Shown here: positions 16,995 to 26,056 of the stretch, piece after piece
Layout of the letters: each line of letters begins with the position of its first letter
Position numbering within the stretch: the stretch's first letter is position 1
Source of the DNA: Phycisphaerae bacterium
Lineage (GTDB): Bacteria > Planctomycetota > Phycisphaerae > UBA1845 > Fen-1342
DNA length: 64,000 nucleotides
Reading direction: 5' to 3'
Assembly: GCA_030428945.1 (NCBI GenBank)
Contig: JAUIEC010000001.1
Location: forward strand, 156,438 to 220,437
The notes under the pieces: generated by a model
What the model saw: only the letters and a program-made list of their open reading frames with translations
Database searches by the model: none
What the model was told of the DNA's origin: nothing
Translations under genes and position numbers: made by a program

Positions 16995-18863
16995 ATGCGA
17001 TCCGTACGACAGACCCTGACCCTCACCGTGGCCGTTGTGGTCACCGCATCGGCCTGGGCTGATGTTCCCCGTCTGATTTCCTACCAGGGCCGACTGGCCA
17101 GCGGCGTGACGGGGACGGTTGATCTCGAAATCGATGTTCACAAGGACCCGGTGCTGGATGTTTCGCAGTTCAATGAACTGCACGTGGGCGTTCCGGTCAG
17201 TGACGGCGTCTTCTCGATCCTGATCGGGTCGGAGACGGTCGGCGGTGTCCCGGAGGCGGTCTACAACAGCACCGCCCGCTGGATCGGCGTGTCGGTCGAC
17301 GGGGCGCCGGAACTGCTGCCGCGGGCGCGGTTCACGCTCGTGCCGTTCGCGGCCCGCAGCCTGCACGCCGACGGGCTGGTGATTCCCGGCGACAGTCTGC
17401 AGGTCGCGGTTGTCGTCGGCGCGGACGGTGACGTCACGATGCGCGACGACGATGGCAACCCGCAGGTCCGCTTCGATCTGAACGGGCAGGGCAGCGCCCC
17501 GCGCCTGGAGATGCTGGCCGCCGATCACAGCACCGCGACCTTCGTGGCCGAGGCGTCCGGTGGCGCCAACGGCGGCGGCTACCTGTCGCTGAACGATGAC
17601 CTCGGCGCGCCCGTGTTCCAGTTCGACGCCGGGATCGGCGAGGTGGAACTGCGCGAGAGCGGGAACACGGCCTTTCAGGTCGAAGCCGACGCGTCCGGTT
17701 CGCCGGTGGCGCGGCTGTCGCTGTTCGATCCGGCCGGGGCGACGCGCCTGGTCGAGATCCAGGCGGCCGAGACGACCTCGACCGGCCCGCAGTTGTTTCT
17801 GCGGGACAGCGACGGGACGACGACGTTCGATCTGGACGCCGAGTTCAACGCCGACGGCGGCGCCCAGATGGCGTTGAAGACCGGTCTGGGCGTTCAGACG
17901 CTGCTGCTGGACGCGCAGTCCTCGGAGGGCGGCGGCGAGATCCAGGTGGAGGACGCCGCCGGGCAGTTGCGCGTGCAGATCAACGCCGAGGACCCGGCGT
18001 CCGAGGGCGTGCTGACGGCGTTCGCTGACGGCGGCAACCAGGTCTTCCGGCTGCGGACCGGGCAATCGGGCGACAACGGGCAGATCGATCTGCTCAACCA
18101 GAACGGCGTGACCGCGGTCGAGGCGGTGGCGTTCAGCAGCACGACCGGCGGTCGCCTGGTCCTGCGTGAGGGAACCGTCGGCGAGGATCGCATCCGGATG
18201 TACGCCGACAACGGCGGCAACAATGCCGAACTGGCCCTGCGGGAAGGCACGACCACGCGCGTCCGTCTCAACAGTGCCTTCGACGGCCGCGTGCAGATCC
18301 TGGACGGCGGCCTTCCGGTGGTGGAGATGACCGGTGCCAACGGCGGCGAAGTGAATCTTTCGCAGGGCGGCGTCGACGTGCTGCAACTGATCGCCTCGGA
18401 CGTCAACGGCGACTCGCGGGTGGTGACCGACGTGCTGCAGATCAACGCCGGATCGGACCTGAGCGAGCGCTTCGATATCCGCGGCGAGGTCGTGCCGGGG
18501 TACGTGGTCGCGATCGATCCGACCACGCCGGGCGGGCTGACCGTCGCCGACCGGGCCTACGACACGCGCGTGGCCGGCATCGTCAGCGGCGCGGGCGGCG
18601 TCAAGCCCGGGATGCTGATGGGCCAGGTCGGCTCGATCGCCGACGGGGCTCACGCGGTCGCCCTGACCGGTCGCGTCTGGACGTGGTGCGATGCCGGACA
18701 GCATCCGATCGAGGCCGGTGATCTGCTGACGACCTCGGCGACGGTCGGACATGCGATGAAGGTCACGGACCCCGCGCGGGCCGGCGGCGCGATGATCGGC
18801 AAGGCGATGACCTCGCTCGAGAGCGGGCGCGGGCTGGTCCTGGTCCTGGTCAACCTGCAATAA
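16995..18863 (+). CDS. Secreted tail-fibre-like protein (N-terminal ISYQG module; Gly-rich beta-repeat body)
   Basis: Signal peptide. The N-terminus ISYQGRL..G...VD..I.......S.F.E.H.GV.VS.GVFS.LIGS resembles the N-terminal module of bacterial 'tail fiber domain-containing' proteins. The C-terminal SDLSERFDI is only weakly S74-chaperone-like and lacks the Lys. Confidence 0.55.
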   Translation: MRSVRQTLTLTVAVVVTASAWADVPRLISYQGRLASGVTGTVDLEIDVHKDPVLDVSQFNELHVGVPVSDGVFSILIGSETVGGVPEAVYNSTARWIGVSVDGAPELLPRARFTLVPFAARSLHADGLVIPGDSLQVAVVVGADGDVTMRDDDGNPQVRFDLNGQGSAPRLEMLAADHSTATFVAEASGGANGGGYLSLNDDLGAPVFQFDAGIGEVELRESGNTAFQVEADASGSPVARLSLFDPAGATRLVEIQAAETTSTGPQLFLRDSDGTTTFDLDAEFNADGGAQMALKTGLGVQTLLLDAQSSEGGGEIQVEDAAGQLRVQINAEDPASEGVLTAFADGGNQVFRLRTGQSGDNGQIDLLNQNGVTAVEAVAFSSTTGGRLVLREGTVGEDRIRMYADNGGNNAELALREGTTTRVRLNSAFDGRVQILDGGLPVVEMTGANGGEVNLSQGGVDVLQLIASDVNGDSRVVTDVLQINAGSDLSERFDIRGEVVPGYVVAIDPTTPGGLTVADRAYDTRVAGIVSGAGGVKPGMLMGQVGSIADGAHAVALTGRVWTWCDAGQHPIEAGDLLTTSATVGHAMKVTDPARAGGAMIGKAMTSLESGRGLVLVLVNLQ

Positions 18864-18878
18864 GGGGGAGGGTCGATC

Positions 18879-20318
18879 ATGTTGAGACGAAGCATCTGTT
18901 CCCTGGGACTGCTGGCGGCCGCGAGCCTGCTGCCGCCGGCGGGGGCCCAGGTCACGGGGACGGCGCCGCGGGTGACGGTGGCCGAGCGACTCGGCCTGCG
19001 GCAGGTGGACGTTCAGTCGCTGGCGATCACCGAGATGGACCGCGGGGTCGAGGTGGAGCTGGCGCTGGCGGGCACGCCGCTGACGATCGAGGCGGTCCGG
19101 GTCAGCCTGCGGACGAGTGATTTCGAAGTGCTGGTCGAGGACGCGACCGGGCTGCGGCGTGTGGCGGCGCCGCCGCCGACGACGATTCGCGGGGCGATCC
19201 GGGAGATTCCGGGCAGTTACGTGAGCGGGTCGCTGTTCGAGGGTTCGCTGCGGGTCCGGATCATGCTTTCGCGGGACGAGGTCTTCTTCGTGCAGCCGGT
19301 TCCGAACGCGGCGGCGGACGCGCACGCGGTCTACGGCTACTGGGACGTGCTGCCGGTGGACAATGGCTGCGCGCTGCCGGACGAGGTGCCGACGGCGGGC
19401 TTCGAGGCGGCGGACCCGCCAGCGGCGGGGTCGGGTGATCCGGCCCCGTCGGGCGAGGACGAGACGCCGACGTACCTGCGGGCGTTCTATCCGCGGCACA
19501 CCGAGATTTCGTGGGACACCGACACGCAGTTCGTCAACGGTGAAGGCGGTGCCGAGGCGGCGCTCAACTACATCGAGACGGTGATGGTCGGGGTGGACGA
19601 CATCTATCGCACGAACGCGCAGATCGCCTACGTGCTGAACCGGATCATCATTCGGACGGCCGAGCCGGACCCGTACACGTCGAGCGACTCGTCGACGCTG
19701 CTGGGGCAGGTGCGGTCCGAGTGGAACGGGAACCTGTCGGCGCTCGAGCGCGACGTCGTGCACCTGTTCAGCGGGCGCGACTTCGAGCAGAACGTGATCG
19801 GCCGGGCGTACTTCGCCGGTATCTGCAACACGGACGGGTACGGCGTGAACCAGCGGATCACGAACTTCGCGAACCAGGTCGGCGAGGTTGCGCACGAGCT
19901 GGGGCACAACTGGAACGCGGCCCACTGTGCGGAAATCGTGGGCGGCAACTGTCCGACGAACGCGCCGGCGGACTGCGGCATCATGTGCGCCTGCATCGCC
20001 GGCTGCAACGGCAGCACGACCGTGTTCGGCGCGGCGTCGCTGAACAGCATCATCACGCACCGCAACGGGCGGACGTGTCTGAACGGCGAGGAACTGGTCG
20101 TGTACGTGGATGCGGCCGCGACCGGAACCGAATCCGGGACGAGCGGGGCGCCGTACGACACGCTGCGCGAGGGGCTCTGGGCGTCGCCGCCGACCGGTGG
20201 CACGCTGGAGATCGCGGGTTCCGCGCTGTACTTCGAAGACGGCGTGCTCGATCGGCTGAACCGGCCGGTGATCTTGCGCGGGCAGCCCGGTACGGGGGCG
20301 GCGCTGATTCAGCGGTAA
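18879..20318 (+). CDS. Secreted zinc metalloprotease, metzincin / reprolysin (M12B)-like with a propeptide
   Basis: Extended zinc motif HELGHNWNAAH (HExxHxxxxxH). Cys-rich segment after the catalytic domain. Signal peptide. The start lies 16 bp after the stop of 16995-18863. Confidence 0.7.
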   Translation: MLRRSICSLGLLAAASLLPPAGAQVTGTAPRVTVAERLGLRQVDVQSLAITEMDRGVEVELALAGTPLTIEAVRVSLRTSDFEVLVEDATGLRRVAAPPPTTIRGAIREIPGSYVSGSLFEGSLRVRIMLSRDEVFFVQPVPNAAADAHAVYGYWDVLPVDNGCALPDEVPTAGFEAADPPAAGSGDPAPSGEDETPTYLRAFYPRHTEISWDTDTQFVNGEGGAEAALNYIETVMVGVDDIYRTNAQIAYVLNRIIIRTAEPDPYTSSDSSTLLGQVRSEWNGNLSALERDVVHLFSGRDFEQNVIGRAYFAGICNTDGYGVNQRITNFANQVGEVAHELGHNWNAAHCAEIVGGNCPTNAPADCGIMCACIAGCNGSTTVFGAASLNSIITHRNGRTCLNGEELVVYVDAAATGTESGTSGAPYDTLREGLWASPPTGGTLEIAGSALYFEDGVLDRLNRPVILRGQPGTGAALIQR

Positions 20319-20370
20319 CGCGAGCGCGGGTCGAGGATCTGAAGGAGTGAATGGGTGCCGTGGTGCCCGT

Positions 20371-22932
20371 TCACTCTTTCGCTGCGCCGGCTGGTTTGTG
20401 CAGGGCCTGCCAGCGGGCGTGCTGCGCTGGCTGGTCGGTGGCCTGATAGAGGTCGACCAGGCCGCCGATGCCGCGCTGGGTGTAGGGGTGCTCGTCGCCG
20501 ACCTGGTCGCGGAGAGTTTTGACGCCGGTCAGCAGCAGCGGTTCGGCCTCGGCGGGGCGGCCGACGGTCAGCAGGGCGGTTCCGAGCCGGCACTGGTAGT
20601 CGCCGAGGCGCCAGTGGTTTTCGGGCAGTGATTCGGTCGCGCCGGCCAGGGCTTCGGTGAAGTGTTCGAGGGCCAGTTCGGTTTCGCCGCGGGCCAGCAG
20701 GATTTCGCCGACGAGGCTGAGCGTCAGCATGGTTTCCTCGTGGGAGAGGCCGAGGTCGGCCCGGCGGGCGGCGAGGGTCTGGCGGGCGAGGGTCTCGGCC
20801 TCATCCAGTTCGCGGACCAGCAGCAGGCTGGACGCGAGGTTGTGTCGGCTGGTCAGGGTGTCCGGGTGGTTCTCGCCGAGGACCCGTTCGCGGATTTCGA
20901 GCAGGGAGCGCATCAGCGCGATCGCTTCGTCCTGTCGGCCGAGGTTCTTCAGCACGAGTGCCAGGTTGTTGCGGACGCTGAGCGTGTGCGGGTGTTCGTC
21001 GCCGAAGCGTTCGGCCAGGCCGGCCTCGGTCTGTCGCAGCAGCGGTTCGGCCTCGGCGGACTTGCCGATTTCCCACAGCAGCAGCGCCAGGCTGTTGCGG
21101 GTTCCGAGTGTCAGCAGGGCGTCGGGCTGGGTTTCCTCGAGGCCGGCCAGGGTTTCGCGCAGCAGGGCCTCGGCTTCGTCAAGTCTGCCGAGCGACTGCA
21201 GCAGGTTGCCGAGGCTGCTGCGGGCGGCGCGGGTGTTGCGGTGGTTCGGGCCGAGCAGTCGCTGGCGGATGGTCAGCAGGCGGCGTTTCCAGTACTCGGC
21301 GTCGTTCAGCTTGCCGCGCTGCTGCAGGGCGCTGGCGTAGTTGTTCATCGTGATCTGGGTGTGGTCGTGGTCCTCGCCGAGCACCTCGACCCGCGTGTCG
21401 AGCGCCTGGCGGAGCGTCTCTTCGGCCTGTTCCAGCTTGCCGAGTCCGAGGAACGCGGTGCCGAGGGTGTGCTGCAGGCCCGCCCGGATCTCGGGGTTTT
21501 CGGCGAACTCGGTCTCGGCATGCGGGGCGGCCCAGGTCAGCATCTCCGAGATCCGCACATCGCCGCCTTCGCCCTGCGTCGGGTCGGCCGAGGCGAGGAT
21601 CTTCCGCAGGAACTCGTTGATCGCCGTGACCTTCTCGGCCTCTTCCTCGGCCAGCGTCTGTGCCCGGCGGGTTTCCTGGAGGCGCGTGTCGGCCAGGTCG
21701 AGGGCCTCGATCGCCCGGTTGCGGTCCGCGTCGGCCTGGCGGCGGAGCGTTTCCGCCTGGCGGTAGAGGACGCCCATCCATGCGCCGAACGCGAGCACCA
21801 GGCCGAACAGCACGCCGGCGGCCGCGAAGGGGGCCTTGTGACGGGCGACCAGTTTCCGCAACTGGTAGCCGAAGGTGTGCGGTGTGGCGAGGATCGGTTC
21901 GTTGCCGAGGTAGCGTTCGATGTCCTCGTTCATGGCGGCCGCGCTCTGGTAGCGGCGGGCGGGGTCTTTCTCGATCGCCTTGAGGATGATCGCTTCGAGG
22001 TCGGCGTCGATGCGCGGGTTGAGGGTGCGGGGGCGGACGGGGTCCTGTTCGCAGATGACGCGGAGGGCGTCGAGCAGTTGCGTGCGGTCGACTTCGTAGG
22101 GCAGCCGCAGCGTGAGCAGTTGGAAGAGGATGATGCCGAGGGCGTAGACGTCGGTCCGCAGGTCGATCTCGTCGGGGTTGCCGCGGGCCTGCTCGGGGCT
22201 CATGTAGTGCAGGGTGCCCTGGATCCGGCCGACCTCGGTGACGATGGTGTGTTCGTCGCGTTCGTCGTCGGTGATCCGGGACAGGCCGAAGTCGAGGATC
22301 TTGGGGTTTCCGGTCGGGGTGACGATGATGTTGGACGGTTTCAGGTCGCGGTGGATCACGCCGCGCTGATGGGCGTAGTGGACGGCGTCGCAGATCCGGC
22401 GGAAGAGGTCGAGGCGGGCCTGCAGGGTCGGTTCGCCCCGGGCGGCGAAGCGCCCGAGCTGGACGCCCTCGACCAGTTCCATCACGAAGTACTGCAGGTT
22501 GCTGTCGCTGCCGTCCGCGGCGTGGATCGCGGCGATCGCGGGGTGCTTCAGGCGGGCGAGGGCCTCGGCCTCGCGCTGAAAGAGGCGCAGGTGGTACTCG
22601 TCGAGCGTGCGGCCGTGGAAGACCTTGACGGCCACGCGTCGGCGGGGCTGTTCCTGTTCGGCCTCGTAGACGATGCCGCTGCCGCCGCGTCCGATTTCGC
22701 GGAGGACGCGGTAGCCGGCCAGGTGCGGAATGGCCTGGGCGGGTGCGGTGCGGACGGCGGGTTCGGCCAGTCGGGCGATGCTGCCGCTGACCTGGAGGTT
22801 GGCGGAGACGTCGTCGAACTGCTGGCGGCAGTCGGGGCAGGCGTCGAGGTGGCTGCGGAGCTGGAGCGAGAGCGACTCGGTCAGGTCTTCGCAGGCGAGG
22901 GCCTCAAGTTGTTCGAGGTCCGGACACGGCAC
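20371..22932 (-). CDS. Ser/Thr protein kinase with an N-terminal zf-HC2 anti-sigma-like zinc finger, a TM segment and a C-terminal TPR array
   Basis: HLDACPDC (H-x3-C-x2-C). Kinase subdomains GxGxxG (GRGGSG), VAVK, HRDLKPSN, DFG, SPE. Hydrophobic helix about aa 380-400. More than 8 TPR-like repeats. Confidence 0.9.
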   Translation of the reverse strand: MPCPDLEQLEALACEDLTESLSLQLRSHLDACPDCRQQFDDVSANLQVSGSIARLAEPAVRTAPAQAIPHLAGYRVLREIGRGGSGIVYEAEQEQPRRRVAVKVFHGRTLDEYHLRLFQREAEALARLKHPAIAAIHAADGSDSNLQYFVMELVEGVQLGRFAARGEPTLQARLDLFRRICDAVHYAHQRGVIHRDLKPSNIIVTPTGNPKILDFGLSRITDDERDEHTIVTEVGRIQGTLHYMSPEQARGNPDEIDLRTDVYALGIILFQLLTLRLPYEVDRTQLLDALRVICEQDPVRPRTLNPRIDADLEAIILKAIEKDPARRYQSAAAMNEDIERYLGNEPILATPHTFGYQLRKLVARHKAPFAAAGVLFGLVLAFGAWMGVLYRQAETLRRQADADRNRAIEALDLADTRLQETRRAQTLAEEEAEKVTAINEFLRKILASADPTQGEGGDVRISEMLTWAAPHAETEFAENPEIRAGLQHTLGTAFLGLGKLEQAEETLRQALDTRVEVLGEDHDHTQITMNNYASALQQRGKLNDAEYWKRRLLTIRQRLLGPNHRNTRAARSSLGNLLQSLGRLDEAEALLRETLAGLEETQPDALLTLGTRNSLALLLWEIGKSAEAEPLLRQTEAGLAERFGDEHPHTLSVRNNLALVLKNLGRQDEAIALMRSLLEIRERVLGENHPDTLTSRHNLASSLLLVRELDEAETLARQTLAARRADLGLSHEETMLTLSLVGEILLARGETELALEHFTEALAGATESLPENHWRLGDYQCRLGTALLTVGRPAEAEPLLLTGVKTLRDQVGDEHPYTQRGIGGLVDLYQATDQPAQHARWQALHKPAGAAKE

Positions 22933-22942
22933 GCGGGCATCC

Positions 22943-23542
22943 TCACAGGGCGATCACTTCCATGTCGGTCTGCAGTTGCCGCACGCGTTTCAGCACGCGG
23001 TGCTTGGCGGTATAGACGGCGGCCCGCGACATGCCGAGCTGATCGGCGGCCTGGTCGGCGGTGTGTCCTTCGCAGACGGTCAGGGCGAAGGCCGCGTAGG
23101 TCTGGGCGTTGACCTCGGTCTGCACGCGGGTCAGGCAGCGGTTCAGCAGGTTCCGCTGCCACTCCTCGTCGAAGCAGCGGGTCGCCTCCTGCTCGTCCGG
23201 CAGCGAGGCCCAGAAGGCGGTGTCCGCGCTGACCTGCTGGTCGTTGCCGCTGCGGCGTCGCCGGCGGCGCAGATTGAGCGCCTTGCGGTAGGCGATGCCG
23301 AACAGCCAGGAGCTCAGGCGGCCTTTCTCGCGCTCGTACTTGCCGCGGCGGAGGGCCTCGGCGAAGTCGAGCAGCGTCTCCTGGGCGCAGTCCTCGGCCT
23401 CGGCCTCGGTCAGGCCGATCCGGCGGGCAAAGCGCACCAGCGGGTCCTGGAACCGTCCGGTAAAGCGGTTCCAGGCTTCCTGGTTGGTGAACTCGCGCAG
23501 GCCGAGCAACAGCGTCGAACTGGTAACCCACTCGTTGGTCAA
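22943..23542 (-). CDS. ECF-type sigma-70 family RNA polymerase sigma factor
   Basis: Region 2-like FARRIGLTEAEAEDCAQETLL and a region 4 HTH (LGMSRAAVYTAKHRVLKRV). About 200 aa. Co-directional with, and 10 bp from, the kinase gene. Confidence 0.85.
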   Translation of the reverse strand: MTNEWVTSSTLLLGLREFTNQEAWNRFTGRFQDPLVRFARRIGLTEAEAEDCAQETLLDFAEALRRGKYEREKGRLSSWLFGIAYRKALNLRRRRRRSGNDQQVSADTAFWASLPDEQEATRCFDEEWQRNLLNRCLTRVQTEVNAQTYAAFALTVCEGHTADQAADQLGMSRAAVYTAKHRVLKRVRQLQTDMEVIAL

Positions 23543-23701
23543 GACTTGATGCCACCTCCCTGCCCGAGAGTATAGGAGCCTCGAGCCGTTTCCCTCAAAC
23601 GCGGCCCTCCCCTGACACGCTCAGGCTGCCGCCCGCGGACCGAAAAAACCGATAAAAAAATTAGCGTGTAAGACGTTCCGAAGCGCCGGCCAATACCGGG
23701 T
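23543..23701. promoter_or_regulatory. Divergent intergenic region between the ECF sigma gene and vgrG; locally AT-rich
   Basis: gaccgaaaaaaccgataaaaaaattagcgtgtaagacg is strikingly AT-rich for this genome. No properly spaced ECF -35/-10 consensus is recognisable. Confidence 0.4.
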
Positions 23702-26056
23702 GTGACGCCGATTGTCGGCGGGAGGATGCCAATGCCGTCAGCGAGTCGCCCCGCCAACCAGGCCGACTTCACCTTCGAGATCGATCAGCCGGACACGCCC
23801 GCGCTGCGGGTGACCGGCTTCCGCGGCCAGGCCGCGCTGAGCACGCTGTTCCACGTGCAGGTCGACCTGGCGTCGGATGAACCGGCGCTCGACAAGGCCG
23901 CGCTGCTCGGGCAGGCCTGCCGGCTGACGCTCCGGTCGCCGCGCGGCGATCGGTTCATCTCGGGCATCGTCCGCGCGCTGGCCCGCACCGGGCAGGGGTC
24001 GCGGGTGACGCACTACGCGGCCGAGATCGTGCCGGTGCACTGGTACCTGACCCGCCGGCAGCAGTCGCGGATTCTGCAGAGTCACCTCTGCACGGACATG
24101 AGTGTCCCGGGCGTGATCCAGCACGTGCTGGAAAAGGCCGGCATTCCGGACACGCACTTCCGCTTCGCGTTGCAGGGCACCTATCCGCAGCGTGAGTGCG
24201 TCGTGCAGTACCGCGAGACGGACATGAACTTCATCGCGCGGCTGATGGAGATCGAAGGCCTGCACTTCTTCTTCGAGCACGAGGCGGACCGGCATGTGCT
24301 GGTGATCGCCGACGGCGACGTCGCGCACGTGCCGGGCGAGGGGATCGAGGAGATCGCCTTTCGCGCGCCGACCGGCCTGGTGCCGGCCGAGACCTGCGCG
24401 TTCGAACTGGAGGATCGGCGGGCGATCGAGGTCGACGCGGTTTCGCTGGACGATTTCGACTTCAAGAATCCGGCCCAGCAGTTGCGGGCCCGGCTGGAAG
24501 GTCCGGACGCGCCGGCCCTCGAGACGGTCGACTATCCCGGCTGCTACGTGACCCGCGGCGATGGCGAGCGCTACGCCCGCGTGCGACTGGAGGCCGAGCA
24601 GGTCGGGCGGCACGTCGTCCGCCTGCGGGCCAATGTCCGCGGGCTGCGCCCGGGCTCGACCTTTCACCTGGTCGATCATCCGGCCGCCGAGTGCAACCGC
24701 GAGTACCTGGTGATCGCGGCCGAGGAGCAGGCCGCCCAGCCACAGAGCGTGACGAACGAGGCGGGCGCGGCCGAGGCCCCGCAGTACCGGGTGCTGCTGA
24801 CGCTGATTCCGGTGGAGGTGCCGTACCGGGCGCCGCTGGACACGCCGGTCCCGCGGGTGGCGGGCAGCCAGACGGCGCTGGTGGTCGGTCCGCCGGGCGA
24901 GGAGATCTGGCCGGACGAGTACGGACGGGTCAAGGTGCAGTTCCACTGGGACCAGGCCGGGACGTACAACGAGGAGAGTTCGGCCTGGATCCGGGTCAGC
25001 CAGGGGTGGGCCGGCGGGCGTTACGGGATGTTCTTCCTGCCGCGGGTCGGGCAGGAGGTGGTGGTCGATTTCCTGGAGGCGAACCCGGATCGGCCGCTGA
25101 TCACGGGCAGCGTCTACAACAAGGACAACATGCCGCCGGTGCAGTTGCCGGAGGACAAGACCTGCAGCACGATCAAGTCGCGCAGCACGGTCGGCGGGGG
25201 CGGGGCGAACGAACTGCGGTTCGACGATCGCAAGGACGAGGAACTGCTGTTCCTGCACGCCCAGAAGAACCTTCACCTGCGGGCGCTGAACGACGCGATC
25301 GAGACGATCGGGGCGAACCGGCACTCGCACGTGTCGGGCGACGTGATCAGCGAGGTCTCGAAGAACGTCTCGACCGCGATCGAACTGGATCGCTGCGAGC
25401 AGATCGGCGGGAACGCCTCGCTGTCGATCACGGGTGACCAGATCGAGGTGGTGTCCGGCAATCAATCGGTCGATGTCGGCGGCGGGCAGACCTTGACCTG
25501 CGGCGGCACGGTCGTGGTCGAATCGAGCACGGGCATCACGCTGAAGGTCGGCGGCAACTTCCTGACGATCGACCCGAGCGGGATCTACCTGATGGGTACG
25601 GTCGTGCACGTCAACGGCGCCGGCGCGGCTCTGAACGGCACGTCGCTCGAAGCGCTCGAGACCGGCGAGGCGGCCGTGGCGGCCACGACCGAGCCGGGCA
25701 CGGACGTCACCTACCAGGCCGATCCGGATACGCCGGGACAGATCGAGGCGACGCTGCAGCAGGTCGCCGACGCGGACGAGGACCAGGCCGAAGACGAGGC
25801 GAGCTGGGTCGAGATCGAACTGGTGGACCAGAACGGGCTGCCGGTGGCCGGCGAGGCCTGGGAACTGATTTCGCCGAGCGGGAAGACCTACAGCGGCAGC
25901 CTGGACGCCAACGGCCGGTCGCACGTGGCCGTCGATCAGCCGGGGACCTGCCAGGTCAGCTTCCCGCGACTCGACCGGCGGGCCTGGTCGCGGACAGGCG
26001 GAGAGCAGGCGGCCGCGACGGCCGCGGGTGGCGCGACGCAGGAGGGCTCGGCATGA
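23702..26056 (+). CDS. vgrG: Type VI secretion system spike protein VgrG
   Basis: gp5 OB-fold hallmark RVGQEVVVDFLEANPDRPLITGSVYN. gp27-like N-terminal domain and a beta-helical repeat region (GNASLSITGDQIEVVSGNQSVDVGGGQ...). About 90-aa C-terminal extension after an acidic linker. The start may be M9 or M11 (23726 or 23732). Confidence 0.9.
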   Translation: MTPIVGGRMPMPSASRPANQADFTFEIDQPDTPALRVTGFRGQAALSTLFHVQVDLASDEPALDKAALLGQACRLTLRSPRGDRFISGIVRALARTGQGSRVTHYAAEIVPVHWYLTRRQQSRILQSHLCTDMSVPGVIQHVLEKAGIPDTHFRFALQGTYPQRECVVQYRETDMNFIARLMEIEGLHFFFEHEADRHVLVIADGDVAHVPGEGIEEIAFRAPTGLVPAETCAFELEDRRAIEVDAVSLDDFDFKNPAQQLRARLEGPDAPALETVDYPGCYVTRGDGERYARVRLEAEQVGRHVVRLRANVRGLRPGSTFHLVDHPAAECNREYLVIAAEEQAAQPQSVTNEAGAAEAPQYRVLLTLIPVEVPYRAPLDTPVPRVAGSQTALVVGPPGEEIWPDEYGRVKVQFHWDQAGTYNEESSAWIRVSQGWAGGRYGMFFLPRVGQEVVVDFLEANPDRPLITGSVYNKDNMPPVQLPEDKTCSTIKSRSTVGGGGANELRFDDRKDEELLFLHAQKNLHLRALNDAIETIGANRHSHVSGDVISEVSKNVSTAIELDRCEQIGGNASLSITGDQIEVVSGNQSVDVGGGQTLTCGGTVVVESSTGITLKVGGNFLTIDPSGIYLMGTVVHVNGAGAALNGTSLEALETGEAAVAATTEPGTDVTYQADPDTPGQIEATLQQVADADEDQAEDEASWVEIELVDQNGLPVAGEAWELISPSGKTYSGSLDANGRSHVAVDQPGTCQVSFPRLDRRAWSRTGGEQAAATAAGGATQEGSA

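Noticed and set aside
16995-18863. Peptidase S74 (autocleaving intramolecular chaperone) at the C-terminus of the tail-fibre-like protein.
   Set aside because: Only SDLSERFDI loosely resembles the SDxRLKxNI signature and the catalytic Lys is absent. It is reported as tail-fibre-like without the S74 claim.
23543-23701. An ECF-type promoter (GGAAC-N16-17-CGTC) driving vgrG or the sigma gene.
   Set aside because: GTTCC/GGAAC and GACG occur in the gap, but they are adjacent (cttcGGAACGTCTTa) with no 16-17-nt spacer. It is left as an unresolved AT-rich promoter region.
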